Below the pieces are notes generated by a model that was not told where the DNA came from, searched no databases, and worked only from the letters and a program-made list of their open reading frames with translations. The translations under genes and the position numbers were made by a program. Shown piece after piece: positions 29,990 to 39,654 of a DNA stretch of 64,000 nucleotides; within the stretch, counting starts at the first letter, position 1, and each line of letters starts with the position of its first letter. The stretch is taken from the NCBI GenBank assembly GCA_903843125.1, contig CAIMOR010000248.1, forward strand, positions 220-64,219, in the 5' to 3' direction. The stretch is from an uncultured Rhodospirillales bacterium. GTDB lineage: Bacteria; Pseudomonadota; Alphaproteobacteria; Acetobacterales; Acetobacteraceae.

Positions 29990-31162
29990 CTACAACAGGA
30001 TGCGCGGCAGCATCGCGTCCAGGCGCATCCGGCCCTCGGCGGTGGCGCAGAGCCGCCCGTCGCGCCACGCCAGGTAGCCCGCTTCCTCGCAGGCCCGCAC
30101 CATGTCGGCGTCCAGCGCCTGCGCCATCGGCATTCCGGCCCGCAGCGCCACCCGCGCGGGGTCGACGCCCTCGGCCAGCCGCAGCCCCATCAGCAGCGCT
30201 TCCCGCGCCCGGTCGCGCGGCGTCAGGGTCTCGCAGCCGGTCACGCCATGGCCCTGCCGCTCGACCAGCCCGGCCCACTCCTCCGGCGCCCGATGCCGCC
30301 GGAAGGCCAGCATCTCGCCCGCCAGCAACAACCGCTGGTGGGCCCCCGGCCCGATGCCGAGGTAGTCGCCATAGCGCCAATAGGCCAGGTTGTGTCGGCT
30401 CTCGGCGCCAGGCTGGGCGTAGTTGCTCACCTCATACGGCGCCAGGCCAAAGCCGGCAGCCTCCTCCACCGTGGCCTGGTACAGTGCCGCCGCATCGTCG
30501 TCAGCCGGCAGCGCAAAGGCACCACGGGCATATTCAGTAGCGAATTTCGTCCCCGGCTCGATGGTCAGCTGGTACAGGCTGAGGTGGTCGGCAGCCAGCG
30601 CCAGCGCCTGCCGCACCTCGGCCCGCCAGGCCGCCTCGCCCTGGCCTGGCCGGGCATAGATCAGGTCGAAGGACAGCCGCGGAAAAATTGCCCGCGCCGT
30701 CTCCAGCGCCGCCACCGCCTCCGCCGCCGAATGCCGCCGGCCGAGGAAGGCCAGCGCCGTCGCATCCAGGCTCTGCACTCCCAGCGAGAGCCGGTTGACC
30801 CCCGCCGCGCGGAAATCCCGCAGCTTCGCCGCCTCCACGCTGGTCGGGTTGGCTTCCAGCGTCACCTCGCAATCCGGCAGCGGGTCGAACAGCCGGCCAG
30901 CCTCCGCGATCAGCGCTGCCGCCGTCTCCGGTGCCATCAGGCTGGGCGTGCCACCACCGAAGAAGATGCTGGCCAGGGGCCGGCGCAGCCCCGTTCCATT
31001 GGCGCGCGCGGCCTCGAACCGCAGTTCCGCCAGCAGGGCCGCCGCGAACCGCCCCTGGTCGATGCGCTCCCGGACATGGCTGTTGAAGTCGCAATAGGGG
31101 CACTTGCTCAAACAAAACGGCCAGTGGATGTAGAGGGCAAGCGGTTCGACCATGCCTGCCAT
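29990..31162 (-). CDS. hemW: radical SAM heme chaperone HemW (HemN-like)
   Basis: LALYIHWPFCLSKCPYCDFNS (CxxxCxxC), IFFGGGTPS, RLSLGVQS. Start is ATG 31162 or 31153. The long upstream extension in the track is an artefact. Confidence 0.85.
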   Translation of the reverse strand: MAGMVEPLALYIHWPFCLSKCPYCDFNSHVRERIDQGRFAAALLAELRFEAARANGTGLRRPLASIFFGGGTPSLMAPETAAALIAEAGRLFDPLPDCEVTLEANPTSVEAAKLRDFRAAGVNRLSLGVQSLDATALAFLGRRHSAAEAVAALETARAIFPRLSFDLIYARPGQGEAAWRAEVRQALALAADHLSLYQLTIEPGTKFATEYARGAFALPADDDAAALYQATVEEAAGFGLAPYEVSNYAQPGAESRHNLAYWRYGDYLGIGPGAHQRLLLAGEMLAFRRHRAPEEWAGLVERQGHGVTGCETLTPRDRAREALLMGLRLAEGVDPARVALRAGMPMAQALDADMVRACEEAGYLAWRDGRLCATAEGRMRLDAMLPRILL

Positions 31163-31202
31163 ATGGGCCGGCGGTCCGGGCGCTGTACAGGGAGCATCCG
31201 GC

Positions 31203-31598
31203 ATGGCCGTCCTGCCCATCACCAGCCTCGCCACCGGCCTGCTCGGCCTGCTGCTGGCGGTGCTGTCCTTCCGTGTGATCGCCGTGCGGCGCGCCGGCCA
31301 GGTCTCGCTCGGCACCGGCGGCAACAAGCTGCTGGAGAAGCGCATGCGCAGCCATGCCAATTTCTGCGAATACGTGCCGTTCTGCCTGCTGCTGCTCGGC
31401 CTGCTGGAAGCCGGCGCCATGCTGCCAAGCCTGGCGCTGCAGGGCCTGGCCGCGCTGCTGCTGGTGGCCCGGCTGGCACACCCCTTCGGCCTGGAGGGTG
31501 CCGGCATGGTGTTCCGCATGGTCGGCATGCTCGGCACCTTCACGGTCGTCATCGCCGGCGCCGCCACCCTGCTGGTCCACGCGTTCGGGGCCATGTGA
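31203..31598 (+). CDS. MAPEG-family membrane protein
   Basis: MAVLPITSLATGLLGLLLAVLSFRVIAVRR ... RMRSHANFCEYVPFCLLLLGLLE. Confidence 0.7.
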   Translation: MAVLPITSLATGLLGLLLAVLSFRVIAVRRAGQVSLGTGGNKLLEKRMRSHANFCEYVPFCLLLLGLLEAGAMLPSLALQGLAALLLVARLAHPFGLEGAGMVFRMVGMLGTFTVVIAGAATLLVHAFGAM

Positions 31599-32110
31599 CG
31601 CAGCCGCCGCCAAGCCAGGGCTTTCCCCCCGTTTCCGGCCCGGCGCCGAGGGTGCTGGTGCTGGGCACCCTGCCGGGCGCCGAATCGCTGCGCCTGCAGC
31701 AATACTATGGCCTGCCGAGGAACCGCTTCTGGTGGATCATGGGCCAGCTGATCGGCGCCGGACCGGAGCTGCCCTACACCGAACGGCTTGACCGCCTGAC
31801 CGGCGGCGGGGTGGCGCTGTGGGATGTCTGCCATTCCGCCCACCGGCCCGGCAGCCTGGACGCGGCGATCGACCGTGCCAGCATCCGCCCCAACGACATC
31901 GCCGGTTTCGCCGCCGGCCATCCGACGCTGCGCCTGGTGGCCTGCAACGGCGCCACGGCCGCCACGCTGTACCGCCGCTTCGTCGCACTGCCGCTGCCGA
32001 TGGTGCGCTTGCCCAGCACCAGCCCGGCCCATGCCGGCATGCCGGCCGAGGCCAAGCTGGCGCTCTGGCGCGCGGCGCTGGCCCCCGTGTTAGAGCAGCA
32101 TCCGTTCTGA
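31595..32110 (+). CDS. DNA-deoxyinosine (hypoxanthine) glycosylase, UDG superfamily
   Basis: RVLVLGTLPGAESLRLQQYYGLPRNRFWWIMG, VALWDVCHSAHRPGSLDAAI, VRLPSTSPAHA. The GTG start is embedded in the upstream stop (ATGTGA). Confidence 0.75.
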   Translation: MTQPPPSQGFPPVSGPAPRVLVLGTLPGAESLRLQQYYGLPRNRFWWIMGQLIGAGPELPYTERLDRLTGGGVALWDVCHSAHRPGSLDAAIDRASIRPNDIAGFAAGHPTLRLVACNGATAATLYRRFVALPLPMVRLPSTSPAHAGMPAEAKLALWRAALAPVLEQHPF

Positions 32111-32222
32111 TAGATATATCAGACTGGACACTGCTCACGCTTCAGACGTCGCCGAACATGAAATGTGCCCGACAGGGCGCATGGTGCTCCGGCTTCCGCC
32201 TGACCCAAGGGAGACTCAAGCC

Positions 32223-32600
32223 ATGCCCACCACCGTCAAGCAGATGATGGCCGCCGCCGAAGCCGAGGTGCCGCGCATCGCCGCGGCCGAGGCCCGTGCC
32301 CTGCACGCCGCCGGTAACGCCGTCTTCATCGACCTGCGCGAGCCGCCCGAGCTCTCCGCCTCCGGCAAGGTGCCGGGCGCCCTGGCGATTCCGCGTGGCC
32401 TGCTGGAATTCCGCACGGACCCGGAAGGCGCCCGCGATGCGGCGCTCGCCTCGGGCAAGACCGTCATCACCTACTGCGCCTCAGGTGGCCGCGCCGCGCT
32501 GGCGGGCAAGACCTTGAAGGATCTTGGCTATACCGATGTCCGCAACCTCGGCGGCTTCAAGGATTGGGTCGCCGCGGGCGGCGCGGTCGAAAAGGTCTGA
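32223..32600 (+). CDS. rhodanese-domain protein
   Basis: FIDLREPPE, active-site loop YCASGGRA. GGGAGA Shine-Dalgarno 7 nt upstream of ATG 32223. Confidence 0.8.
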   Translation: MPTTVKQMMAAAEAEVPRIAAAEARALHAAGNAVFIDLREPPELSASGKVPGALAIPRGLLEFRTDPEGARDAALASGKTVITYCASGGRAALAGKTLKDLGYTDVRNLGGFKDWVAAGGAVEKV

Positions 32601-32618
32601 CGCAGGCGGCGCGCAGCG

Positions 32619-34016
32619 CTAGGCCGCCGGGGTGGGCCAGGGCACATCCCTGGGCAGGCCGAAGCCGTCGCCGGGGACTTCGGGCCCCAGCCCGTCAGCT
32701 GGCGGCTGCTCATCCGGCGCTCCGGGCATGTCCTCCGGCGGCCCGAACCCCGCACCGTGCGCCGGCTCCGGCGTCGCGGCGGCTCCGGCTGGCATCAACC
32801 CGACCCATTCCGCCAGCAGTGCCGCGTCCTCGACGCCCAGCTCGATCCGCTGCTGCTGCATCTGCTGGCGGATGTTGTCCAGCAGCGCTGCCCGCAACCG
32901 CTGCGGGGAGGCTGCGACGGGCAGCGCCGCCCAGTCGAACCCGGCCAGCCCAACCCGATGCATCACCGCATTCACCGCGCCGGGGGCGATGTCGAACCCA
33001 GCGGCCCGCGCCGCCTCGCTGATGCCGGTACGGAGTTCCTGCGCGGTCGGGTCGTCTATCGGCAGCCGCGCCGCCAGTTGCTCCATCAGGAAGTCCAGCC
33101 GGTCCGGCCCCAGCATCGGGATATTGCCCAGCAATCCCAGCAGCCGCCGCACCAGTGCCGCCATGCGCACCAGGCGCGGGTCGGGCGCCGGCACTTCGGC
33201 TGCGGCCGGAAGGTGCCGCGCCGGGTCGAGCAGCCAGCCCGGCGGCGTGCGGTCCAGCGCCACGCCCGGCAGCGCCGCCTGGTCCAGCAACGCGCGGAAA
33301 CCGCCGGCCCCGGCCCAGTCGCTGTCCACCACATCGCGCCCCAGCCGCTTGATCACCTGCTGTGCCACCCAGGCCTGCGCCAGGGGCTCGCTCGCCGCGG
33401 CCACCAGCGCCTGCACCTCGGCCAGGATCGCGCCCCGCAGACCGGCCAGGTCGGGCGCATGCTCGGCTGCCCGGGCCAACCCCAGCGCCCCGCCGGCGAA
33501 CTCGTCGTAGCGGATCACGGTATCGGCGGCGGCCCGGTAGGCATCGGCCGCGCTGCCGGTGGCGATCACGATGCCGCGCCGGTCATGCGCCCGCAACCGC
33601 AGCAGCACCGGGGTGAAGTCGGCATCGGACGACAGGATGATGAAGTCCTCGAATCCCGTCGGGTGCGCCAGCGTGTCGAGGATGTCCATCACCATGACCA
33701 TGTCGGCACTGGTCTTGCCGCCCAGCGTCAACGGCGGGCAGTCCACCATCTGGAAGCCGGCGCGGACGAAGGCGTTGCGGAAGCTGCTGAAGTAGCGCGG
33801 GCGGTCCTCGCCGGGCACCAGCACCTTGGCGATGGGGTTCAGGTAGCAGCGCCGCACCAGGATACGCCGCTGCCTCTCCCCGCCCCCCAGGCTCTCCAGC
33901 CAACCGATCCAGCGCAGCGGGTCCTGCACGAAGGCGGCGGCCGCGGCCACATCACGCTCGATCAGCGCGGTGAAGACGTTGTCGAAATCCAGGAACAGCG
34001 CCGCACGATGGTCCAC
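32619..34016 (-). CDS. NYN (LabA-like) domain protein with a long C-terminal extension
   Basis: ALFLDFDNV, TSADMVMVMDILD, FIILSSDADFTPVLLRLR. It is followed by about 290 aa, possibly OST-HTH/LOTUS-like, with a Pro/Gly/Asp-rich tail. Confidence 0.75.
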   Translation of the reverse strand: MDHRAALFLDFDNVFTALIERDVAAAAAFVQDPLRWIGWLESLGGGERQRRILVRRCYLNPIAKVLVPGEDRPRYFSSFRNAFVRAGFQMVDCPPLTLGGKTSADMVMVMDILDTLAHPTGFEDFIILSSDADFTPVLLRLRAHDRRGIVIATGSAADAYRAAADTVIRYDEFAGGALGLARAAEHAPDLAGLRGAILAEVQALVAAASEPLAQAWVAQQVIKRLGRDVVDSDWAGAGGFRALLDQAALPGVALDRTPPGWLLDPARHLPAAAEVPAPDPRLVRMAALVRRLLGLLGNIPMLGPDRLDFLMEQLAARLPIDDPTAQELRTGISEAARAAGFDIAPGAVNAVMHRVGLAGFDWAALPVAASPQRLRAALLDNIRQQMQQQRIELGVEDAALLAEWVGLMPAGAAATPEPAHGAGFGPPEDMPGAPDEQPPADGLGPEVPGDGFGLPRDVPWPTPAA

Positions 34017-34176
34017 GATTCACCCCTCAAGCCGCGCCGGCAGCGCCCGCGGATGGCCTGCGTACCATTCTGCCGCGGGAAGCGCGCGGCCGTACATGCC
34101 TGCCGCTGGCCACCTGGCCGAAGCCAGACCGGCCTGGGCCGCGAGCTTCAGACGGCCGCGCTGGCTGGAGGCCAGG

Positions 34177-35031
34177 TCAGAACTCCACCACCAGCCCGTC
34201 ATGGGCGATCTCCAGCGGCCCAGCGAAATCCGCAGCCACCTCGGCCATCAACGTGTCCAGCACGCCGTCATCCGGCCGCGGCTTGTGATGCGTCAGCACC
34301 AGCCGCTTCACCCCGCAGGCCGCGGCAATCTTGCCGACCGTGTCGCCGCAGGCCAGGGTATGCCGCGCCAGCACCCGCAGATGCTCGCCGGTCAACTCGG
34401 CGGCGGCGGCGTAGCAGCACATCACCAGCACGTCGGCGCCTTCGGCCAGCCGCCGCAGGCCGGGGCAGTCCACCGTGTCGCCGCTGAAGGCGAAGACCTT
34501 GCCGGCAACCTCGAACCGATAGCCATGGCAATGCCAGCGCGCCAGGAAGGCCGGCGGCAAACTCGGCAGCGTATGGCCATGGCTGACCGCCTCGGCCTGC
34601 GCCCGCCAGCCCGCACCTTCCAGCCATTCGCCGGCCGCCACCTCGCGCACCTCGACCGGCGCCCAGCCGCCGTGCGTCGGCTCGCCGAGCGAGCGCCAGT
34701 TCCAGTCCAGCGCGTACACCTGCGTCAGCAGCGCATCGACGATCTGCCGCGTGCCCGGCGGCCCCTCGATGACCAGCGGGTGCTTCCGCCCCTCCAGCCA
34801 GCTGTTCAGGATCACGTCGTAGAGATCGCCGATATGGTCGAAGTGGTGATGCGTCAGCACCACCCGCCGCAGCGCCTTCAGGTCGGCGCCCGCCGCGCCC
34901 AGGCCGCGCACCGCACCGCGCCCGGCGTCGATCAGCACCTCCTCGGCGCCAGTGCGCAGCAGCAGGGAGGTGGCGTTGCGCGTGGGGTCGCGGCGCGGCC
35001 CGCCGGTGCCCATCAGCGTCACGCTCGGCAT
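34177..35031 (-). CDS. MBL-fold metallo-hydrolase (RNase Z-like subgroup)
   Basis: VTLMGTGGP, LLIDAGRG, VVLTHHHFDHIGDL (HxHxDH), VLTHH near the C-terminus. Confidence 0.8.
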   Translation of the reverse strand: MPSVTLMGTGGPRRDPTRNATSLLLRTGAEEVLIDAGRGAVRGLGAAGADLKALRRVVLTHHHFDHIGDLYDVILNSWLEGRKHPLVIEGPPGTRQIVDALLTQVYALDWNWRSLGEPTHGGWAPVEVREVAAGEWLEGAGWRAQAEAVSHGHTLPSLPPAFLARWHCHGYRFEVAGKVFAFSGDTVDCPGLRRLAEGADVLVMCCYAAAAELTGEHLRVLARHTLACGDTVGKIAAACGVKRLVLTHHKPRPDDGVLDTLMAEVAADFAGPLEIAHDGLVVEF

Positions 35032-35033
35032 GC

Positions 35034-36032
35034 TCAGTCCTCCAGCTTGAAGCCGGTCGAGCGTATCACCGGCCCCCAGCGGGCGATATCAGCCTGGATC
35101 GCGGCGCGGAAGGCGGCTGGCCCCAGCGGCCGCGGCGCCAGGTCCAGCGCGTTCAGCTTCTGCACCACGTCGCCCTCCGCCAGCACAGCCAGCGTGGCGG
35201 TGGCGACGCGCGCCACCTCGGCGGGCGGGGTGCGACCGGGCGCGAACAGCCCGTACCACATCTCCGCCCGGCCCATCTCGGCCAGGTCCAGGCCAAACTC
35301 CGCGAAGCTCGGCACCGCCGGCAGCAACGGCGAGCGGGTGGCGCCGGAAACCGCCAATGCGCGCAGGCTGCCATCCGCCAGCTGCGGCACGATGCTGGCC
35401 GTGGTGGTGAAGCCGCAGGGCACTTCCCCGCCCAGCAGCGCGATGGCCAGCGGCGAGGAGCCGCGGTAGGGCACGTGCACCATGGTGGTGCCGGTGGCCT
35501 GGTTGAACAGCACGCCGAGGAAATGCGCCGGCGTCCCGGCGGAAAGCGAACCGTAGCTTGCCCGGTCGCCCTGCTGCCTGGCCCAGGCGATGAAGCCCGC
35601 CAGGTCGCGCGCGGGATGGTCGCCCCGTACCGTCAGCGCGAAGGTGAAGCTGGTCGCCATCGCCACCGGCGCCACGTCGGCAACCGGGTCGAATGGCAGG
35701 CTGGCGTAGAGGAAGGGGAAGAACACCGGCACCACGATCGGCGCCATCATCAGCATGGTGCCGTCGCCCGGCGCATGGGCCAGCGCCTCGGCGGCGATCC
35801 GGCCGCCACCCCCGGCGCGGTTCTCCACCGCGACGGCCGCCCCGAGCCGGGGCGCCAGGCGTTCCGCCACCAGGCGCGCCATGATGTCGAGCCCGCTGCC
35901 GGGCGGAAAGCCGACCAGCAGGCGGATCGGCCGGCCAGGTGGGGCTTGGGCCTGGGTTTGAGCCTGGGCCGGCCTCAGCGCCGGAGCAGCGATGAGGCCG
36001 CCGAGCAACGCGCGGCGGTGCAGGCGCCTCAA
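35034..36032 (-). CDS. Bug-family (TctC-like) substrate-binding protein
   Basis: RRLHRRALLGGLIAAPALRPAQA signal, then RPIRLLVGFPPGSGLDIMARLVAERL and VAVENRAGGGGRIAAE. No in-frame ATG is available. A TTG at 36032 lies inside the upstream stop (TTGA). Confidence 0.8.
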   Translation of the reverse strand: MRRLHRRALLGGLIAAPALRPAQAQTQAQAPPGRPIRLLVGFPPGSGLDIMARLVAERLAPRLGAAVAVENRAGGGGRIAAEALAHAPGDGTMLMMAPIVVPVFFPFLYASLPFDPVADVAPVAMATSFTFALTVRGDHPARDLAGFIAWARQQGDRASYGSLSAGTPAHFLGVLFNQATGTTMVHVPYRGSSPLAIALLGGEVPCGFTTTASIVPQLADGSLRALAVSGATRSPLLPAVPSFAEFGLDLAEMGRAEMWYGLFAPGRTPPAEVARVATATLAVLAEGDVVQKLNALDLAPRPLGPAAFRAAIQADIARWGPVIRSTGFKLED

Positions 36033-36925
36033 CCCTTCACGTCCATCGCCTGGCGCAGCCCGTCGCTCAACAGGTTGAAGCAGATGGAGGTGACGAAGAT
36101 GCAGGCGCCCGGCAGCACCGCCACCCAGGGCTGCACGTAGATCGCGGTGCGCAGCGTGTTCAGCATCAGCCCCCATTCCGGCTCCGGCGGCTTGGTGCCA
36201 AGGCCCAGGAAGCTCAGCCCGCTGGCCAGGATCATGCACACGCTGATCAGGTTGGTGGCGTAGACGAAGATCGGCCCCAGCACGTTGCCCAGCACATGCA
36301 CCCGCACGATGGTGAAGCCCGAGGCGCCCGACGACCGCGCCGCATCGACGAAGTCGAGATTGCGCACCCCCTGCGTCACCGTCTCGGCCACCCGGATGAT
36401 CTGCGGGATGAACACCAGCGTCAGCGCCAGGATGGCGTTGACGATGCCCGCGCCGAGCGCGCCGGAGATGGCGACGGCCAGCAGTACGGAGGGAAAGGCA
36501 TAGAACACGTCGGTGGTGCGCATGATCAGCATGTTGACCTTGCCGCCCATGTACCCCGCCGTGACCCCGAGGGTGGTACCGATGCCGAAGGCCAGCACCA
36601 CCGGCACGATGCCCATGAACCAGCTGAGCCGCCCGCCGTAGAGCAGCCGCGTCACCATGTCCCGCCCCAGCTCATCGGTGCCGAGCGGATAGCCAGGCGT
36701 CTGCAGTCCGCGCAGCCGGCGGATCATGCTGCCCTGGTAGGGGTCGTGCGGCGCCAGCAGCGGCGCGCAGACGATGGCCAGGAACATGATGAGCAGCAGA
36801 CCGGCGCAGATCAGCGTCACCGGGTCCCGCCGTACCCGCTTGAATACCCCGGCCCAATAGCCCTGGCTACGCCCGGCCCCTGCCTTGGCCTGGATGGCGA
36901 GTTCCGCTTCCGCTGCCGTGCTCAT
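36029..36925 (-). CDS. ABC transporter permease (DppC/OppC type)
   Basis: PLGTDELGRDMVTRLLYG and an EAA-like loop (DFVDAARSSGASGFTIVRVHVLGNV). ATGA overlap with the upstream permease gene. Confidence 0.85.
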   Translation of the reverse strand: MSTAAEAELAIQAKAGAGRSQGYWAGVFKRVRRDPVTLICAGLLLIMFLAIVCAPLLAPHDPYQGSMIRRLRGLQTPGYPLGTDELGRDMVTRLLYGGRLSWFMGIVPVVLAFGIGTTLGVTAGYMGGKVNMLIMRTTDVFYAFPSVLLAVAISGALGAGIVNAILALTLVFIPQIIRVAETVTQGVRNLDFVDAARSSGASGFTIVRVHVLGNVLGPIFVYATNLISVCMILASGLSFLGLGTKPPEPEWGLMLNTLRTAIYVQPWVAVLPGACIFVTSICFNLLSDGLRQAMDVKG

Positions 36926-37875
36926 GCGCGCTTGATCCGGGGGTCCAGCGCCGCCTGGATCAGGTCGACGATCAGGTTCAGCGCCACGAAGAACATCGCC
37001 AGCACCAATATGGTGCCCTGCAGCACCGGCAGGTCGCGCTGGAAGATGGCGCTGTTCAGCAGCAGCCCGGTGCCGGGCCAGGAGAACACCGTCTCCACCA
37101 GGATCGAGCCGCCCATCAGGTAGCCCAACTGCAGTCCGATGACCGCCAGCGCGTTCGGCGCCGCGTTCTTCACCACGTGCAGGAATATCTGCATCCGCGT
37201 CAGCCCCTTGCCGCGAAGGGCAACGACGAACTCCTGGTTCATGATCTCGGCGACGATGCCCCGCACCGTACGGGTCACGATGCCGGTCGGGATCACGCTG
37301 AGGGTTATCGTCGGCAGTACCAGGAACTGGAAATGCTCCCAGTCCCAGGCCCAGTCGGAGGACCCGCCTGGCCCCGCGCCCATTGCCGGCAGCCAGTTCA
37401 GCTGCACCGAGAAGATCACCACCATGACCATGCCGAGCCAGTAGTGCGGCACCGAAACCCCGGCCACCGCGATGCCCGTGGCCGCGCGGTCGAGCCAGGT
37501 GCCGCGAAACGTCCCGGCCAGCCCACCCAGCGTGCAGCCCATGATGAAGCCGACCAGGGAGGCGCAGACCGCCAGCATCAGCGTGTTGCCGATGGCGGTG
37601 GACAGGTCGCTCCACACGCTGCGGCCGGTGGCCAGCGAGCGGCCAAGATCGCCCTGCACCACCTTGAACAGCCACAGCCCGAACTGCACCGGCAACGGCT
37701 TGTCCAGCCCGTAGTCGCGGCGCACCTGCTCCACCACGTCGCCCGGCGCATCCGGCGGCACGATAGCATTGATCGGGTCGCCCGGGGCGATCTGCACCAG
37801 CATGAAGCAGACGAAGCCGACCGCGAGCGCGATCGGGATGGCGTAGAGCGCGCGCCGAAGCAGGTAGAGGATCAT
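36922..37875 (-). CDS. ABC transporter permease (DppB/OppB type)
   Basis: MILYLLRRALYAIPIALAVGFVCFMLVQIAPGDP ... EFVVALRGKGLTRMQIFLHVVKNA. Confidence 0.85.
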   Translation of the reverse strand: MILYLLRRALYAIPIALAVGFVCFMLVQIAPGDPINAIVPPDAPGDVVEQVRRDYGLDKPLPVQFGLWLFKVVQGDLGRSLATGRSVWSDLSTAIGNTLMLAVCASLVGFIMGCTLGGLAGTFRGTWLDRAATGIAVAGVSVPHYWLGMVMVVIFSVQLNWLPAMGAGPGGSSDWAWDWEHFQFLVLPTITLSVIPTGIVTRTVRGIVAEIMNQEFVVALRGKGLTRMQIFLHVVKNAAPNALAVIGLQLGYLMGGSILVETVFSWPGTGLLLNSAIFQRDLPVLQGTILVLAMFFVALNLIVDLIQAALDPRIKRA

Positions 37876-39497
37876 GGGATGTACGGCAGCCGGAGGTCGA
37901 CCAGCCAGCTCTGCGGCTGGACGTAGCCCTGGATCCGCGGGCTCATCGCCCGCGGCGAGACGTCATGCGCGAAGAAGATGAACAGCGCCTCGTCCACGCT
38001 GGCGGCGTGCAGCCGGGCCAGCGCGGCATCGCGCGCCGCAGGCTCGAAGGTGTTGCGCGCTACCCGGATCATCTCGTCGAATTTCGGGTCATTGAAGAAG
38101 CCCCAGTTGTTGGAAACCGGCGGTGCCATCCGGCTGTCGTAGAAGCGCGCCATGGCGAAGAACGGGTCCATGGTGGAGATCGACACGTTGATGGCGTGCG
38201 CGCCGCGCGCCGAGGCCGCGGTGCAGCCCTGCCGCCAGTTGCCGAACAGCGTGTTCCAGTCGACCACGTCGAACTCGACGTCGACGCCGATCTCCTTCAG
38301 CTCCTGCTGGATGTACTCGTTCATCTGCAGCGGCTGCATCTGGCCGGACCCGGACGGGCTGATCTGCACCTTCAGCGCCAACCGACGGTTCGGGCCATAG
38401 CCGGCCTCGGCCAGCAGGCGGCGCGCCTCGGGCTTGTCGGTGCGGATGTGGAAATCCGGGTTGCCCCACCAGGGGTGACCCGGCTGCACCGTGCCCACCG
38501 CCGGCACCATCAGCCCGCCCAGCAATTGCTTCAGCCCGTCGCGGTCAACGCCCAGGTTCAGCGCCCGGCGCACCCGCACATCGGCCAGCGGGCTGCCGGC
38601 GACGAAGCAGGGCTGCCACGGCCAGATATGCGGCTGGACGTTCTGGGTGATCAGGAAGCCGCGGCTGCGCAGCTGGTCCAGGCTGTCGGGCGACGGCGCC
38701 TCGATCCAATCCACCTGGCCGCTCAGCAGCGCGGCGGTGCGGGCATTGGCCTCGGGGATCGGCAGCAGCACGATCCGCTCGGCCCTCGCCTTCTGGCCCC
38801 AATAGGCCTCGTTGCGGACGTATTCCACCCGCTCCCGCGCGACGAAGCGCACCAGCTTGAACGGGCCGGTGCCGGAAGGCGCGGCGGCGAAGGCGTTCCA
38901 GGTGGCCTCGGCCGTAGGGTTCTGCGCCCGGAGGGCCTGCCAATGGCTCGGGCTGGCCATGAACAGGTTGGAGATGTTGTAGGGCAGGAAGCTGTCCGGC
39001 TCGTTGGTGATCAGCGCCACCGTCAGGTCGTCGATCTTCTCCGCCCGGCGCAGCGCCGGCATCCGCGACGCGGTCAGCCCGACCTGGCGCGGGTCGTAGT
39101 GCGGCGCGTCGCGGTCCAGCACCTTGCGGACGTTCCACACCACGGCATCGGCGTTGAACGGGCTGCCGTCGTGGAACACCACGCCAGGCCGCAGCTTGAA
39201 CACCCAGCGCGTGCGGTCGTGCTCATCCACCTGCCATGCGGTCGCCAGCCCGGGCATCAGCGGTGTCGGCCGGTCGGCGCGGGACAGGTCCCAGACGATC
39301 AGCGCGTCGTACAGCGGCACGCCGCTGAAGCGGTTGCCCTCGAAGCCCTGGTCCGGCTGGCCATGCGTCAGCGGAATGTCGGCCGCCGTCATGCCGATGC
39401 GGATGGTACCCTGCGCCTGCGCGCCGCCCTGCCAGCCAAGGGCGAGCGCCAGCACCGCGCAGGCGGCAAGGCTAATGCGGCGAAGGGTCATCGGCAT
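37872..39497 (-). CDS. ABC transporter substrate-binding protein, family 5 (peptide/nickel type)
   Basis: Signal MPMTLRRISLAACAVLALALGWQGGAQA. About 540 aa, typical of SBP_bac_5 (TWVFKLRPGVVFHDGSPFNADAV, GTGPFKLV). The start is one of three nearby ATGs. Confidence 0.85.
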   Translation of the reverse strand: MPMTLRRISLAACAVLALALGWQGGAQAQGTIRIGMTAADIPLTHGQPDQGFEGNRFSGVPLYDALIVWDLSRADRPTPLMPGLATAWQVDEHDRTRWVFKLRPGVVFHDGSPFNADAVVWNVRKVLDRDAPHYDPRQVGLTASRMPALRRAEKIDDLTVALITNEPDSFLPYNISNLFMASPSHWQALRAQNPTAEATWNAFAAAPSGTGPFKLVRFVARERVEYVRNEAYWGQKARAERIVLLPIPEANARTAALLSGQVDWIEAPSPDSLDQLRSRGFLITQNVQPHIWPWQPCFVAGSPLADVRVRRALNLGVDRDGLKQLLGGLMVPAVGTVQPGHPWWGNPDFHIRTDKPEARRLLAEAGYGPNRRLALKVQISPSGSGQMQPLQMNEYIQQELKEIGVDVEFDVVDWNTLFGNWRQGCTAASARGAHAINVSISTMDPFFAMARFYDSRMAPPVSNNWGFFNDPKFDEMIRVARNTFEPAARDAALARLHAASVDEALFIFFAHDVSPRAMSPRIQGYVQPQSWLVDLRLPYIP

Positions 39498-39654
39498 CGA
39501 GGCTCCAGGCATTCGGCCCAGGTAAGCCGGGCGAGACCGCTTGAGGGCAGCAAGGCCCATGCCAGCGCCAAAGGCGCCGTGGCGGCGGTGGCGGCGGCCC
39601 AGGCCAGACGAGACTGCCCGCAACCCAGGCAACTGCCCAGTTCGACGGCGCCGC

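Noticed and set aside
32106-32123. Hairpin TCTGATA-GATA-TATCAGA overlapping the stop codon of the glycosylase gene.
   Set aside because: It is a 7-bp AT-rich stem without a following U-run, too weak to call a terminator. No second copy or adjacent regulator suggests an operator.
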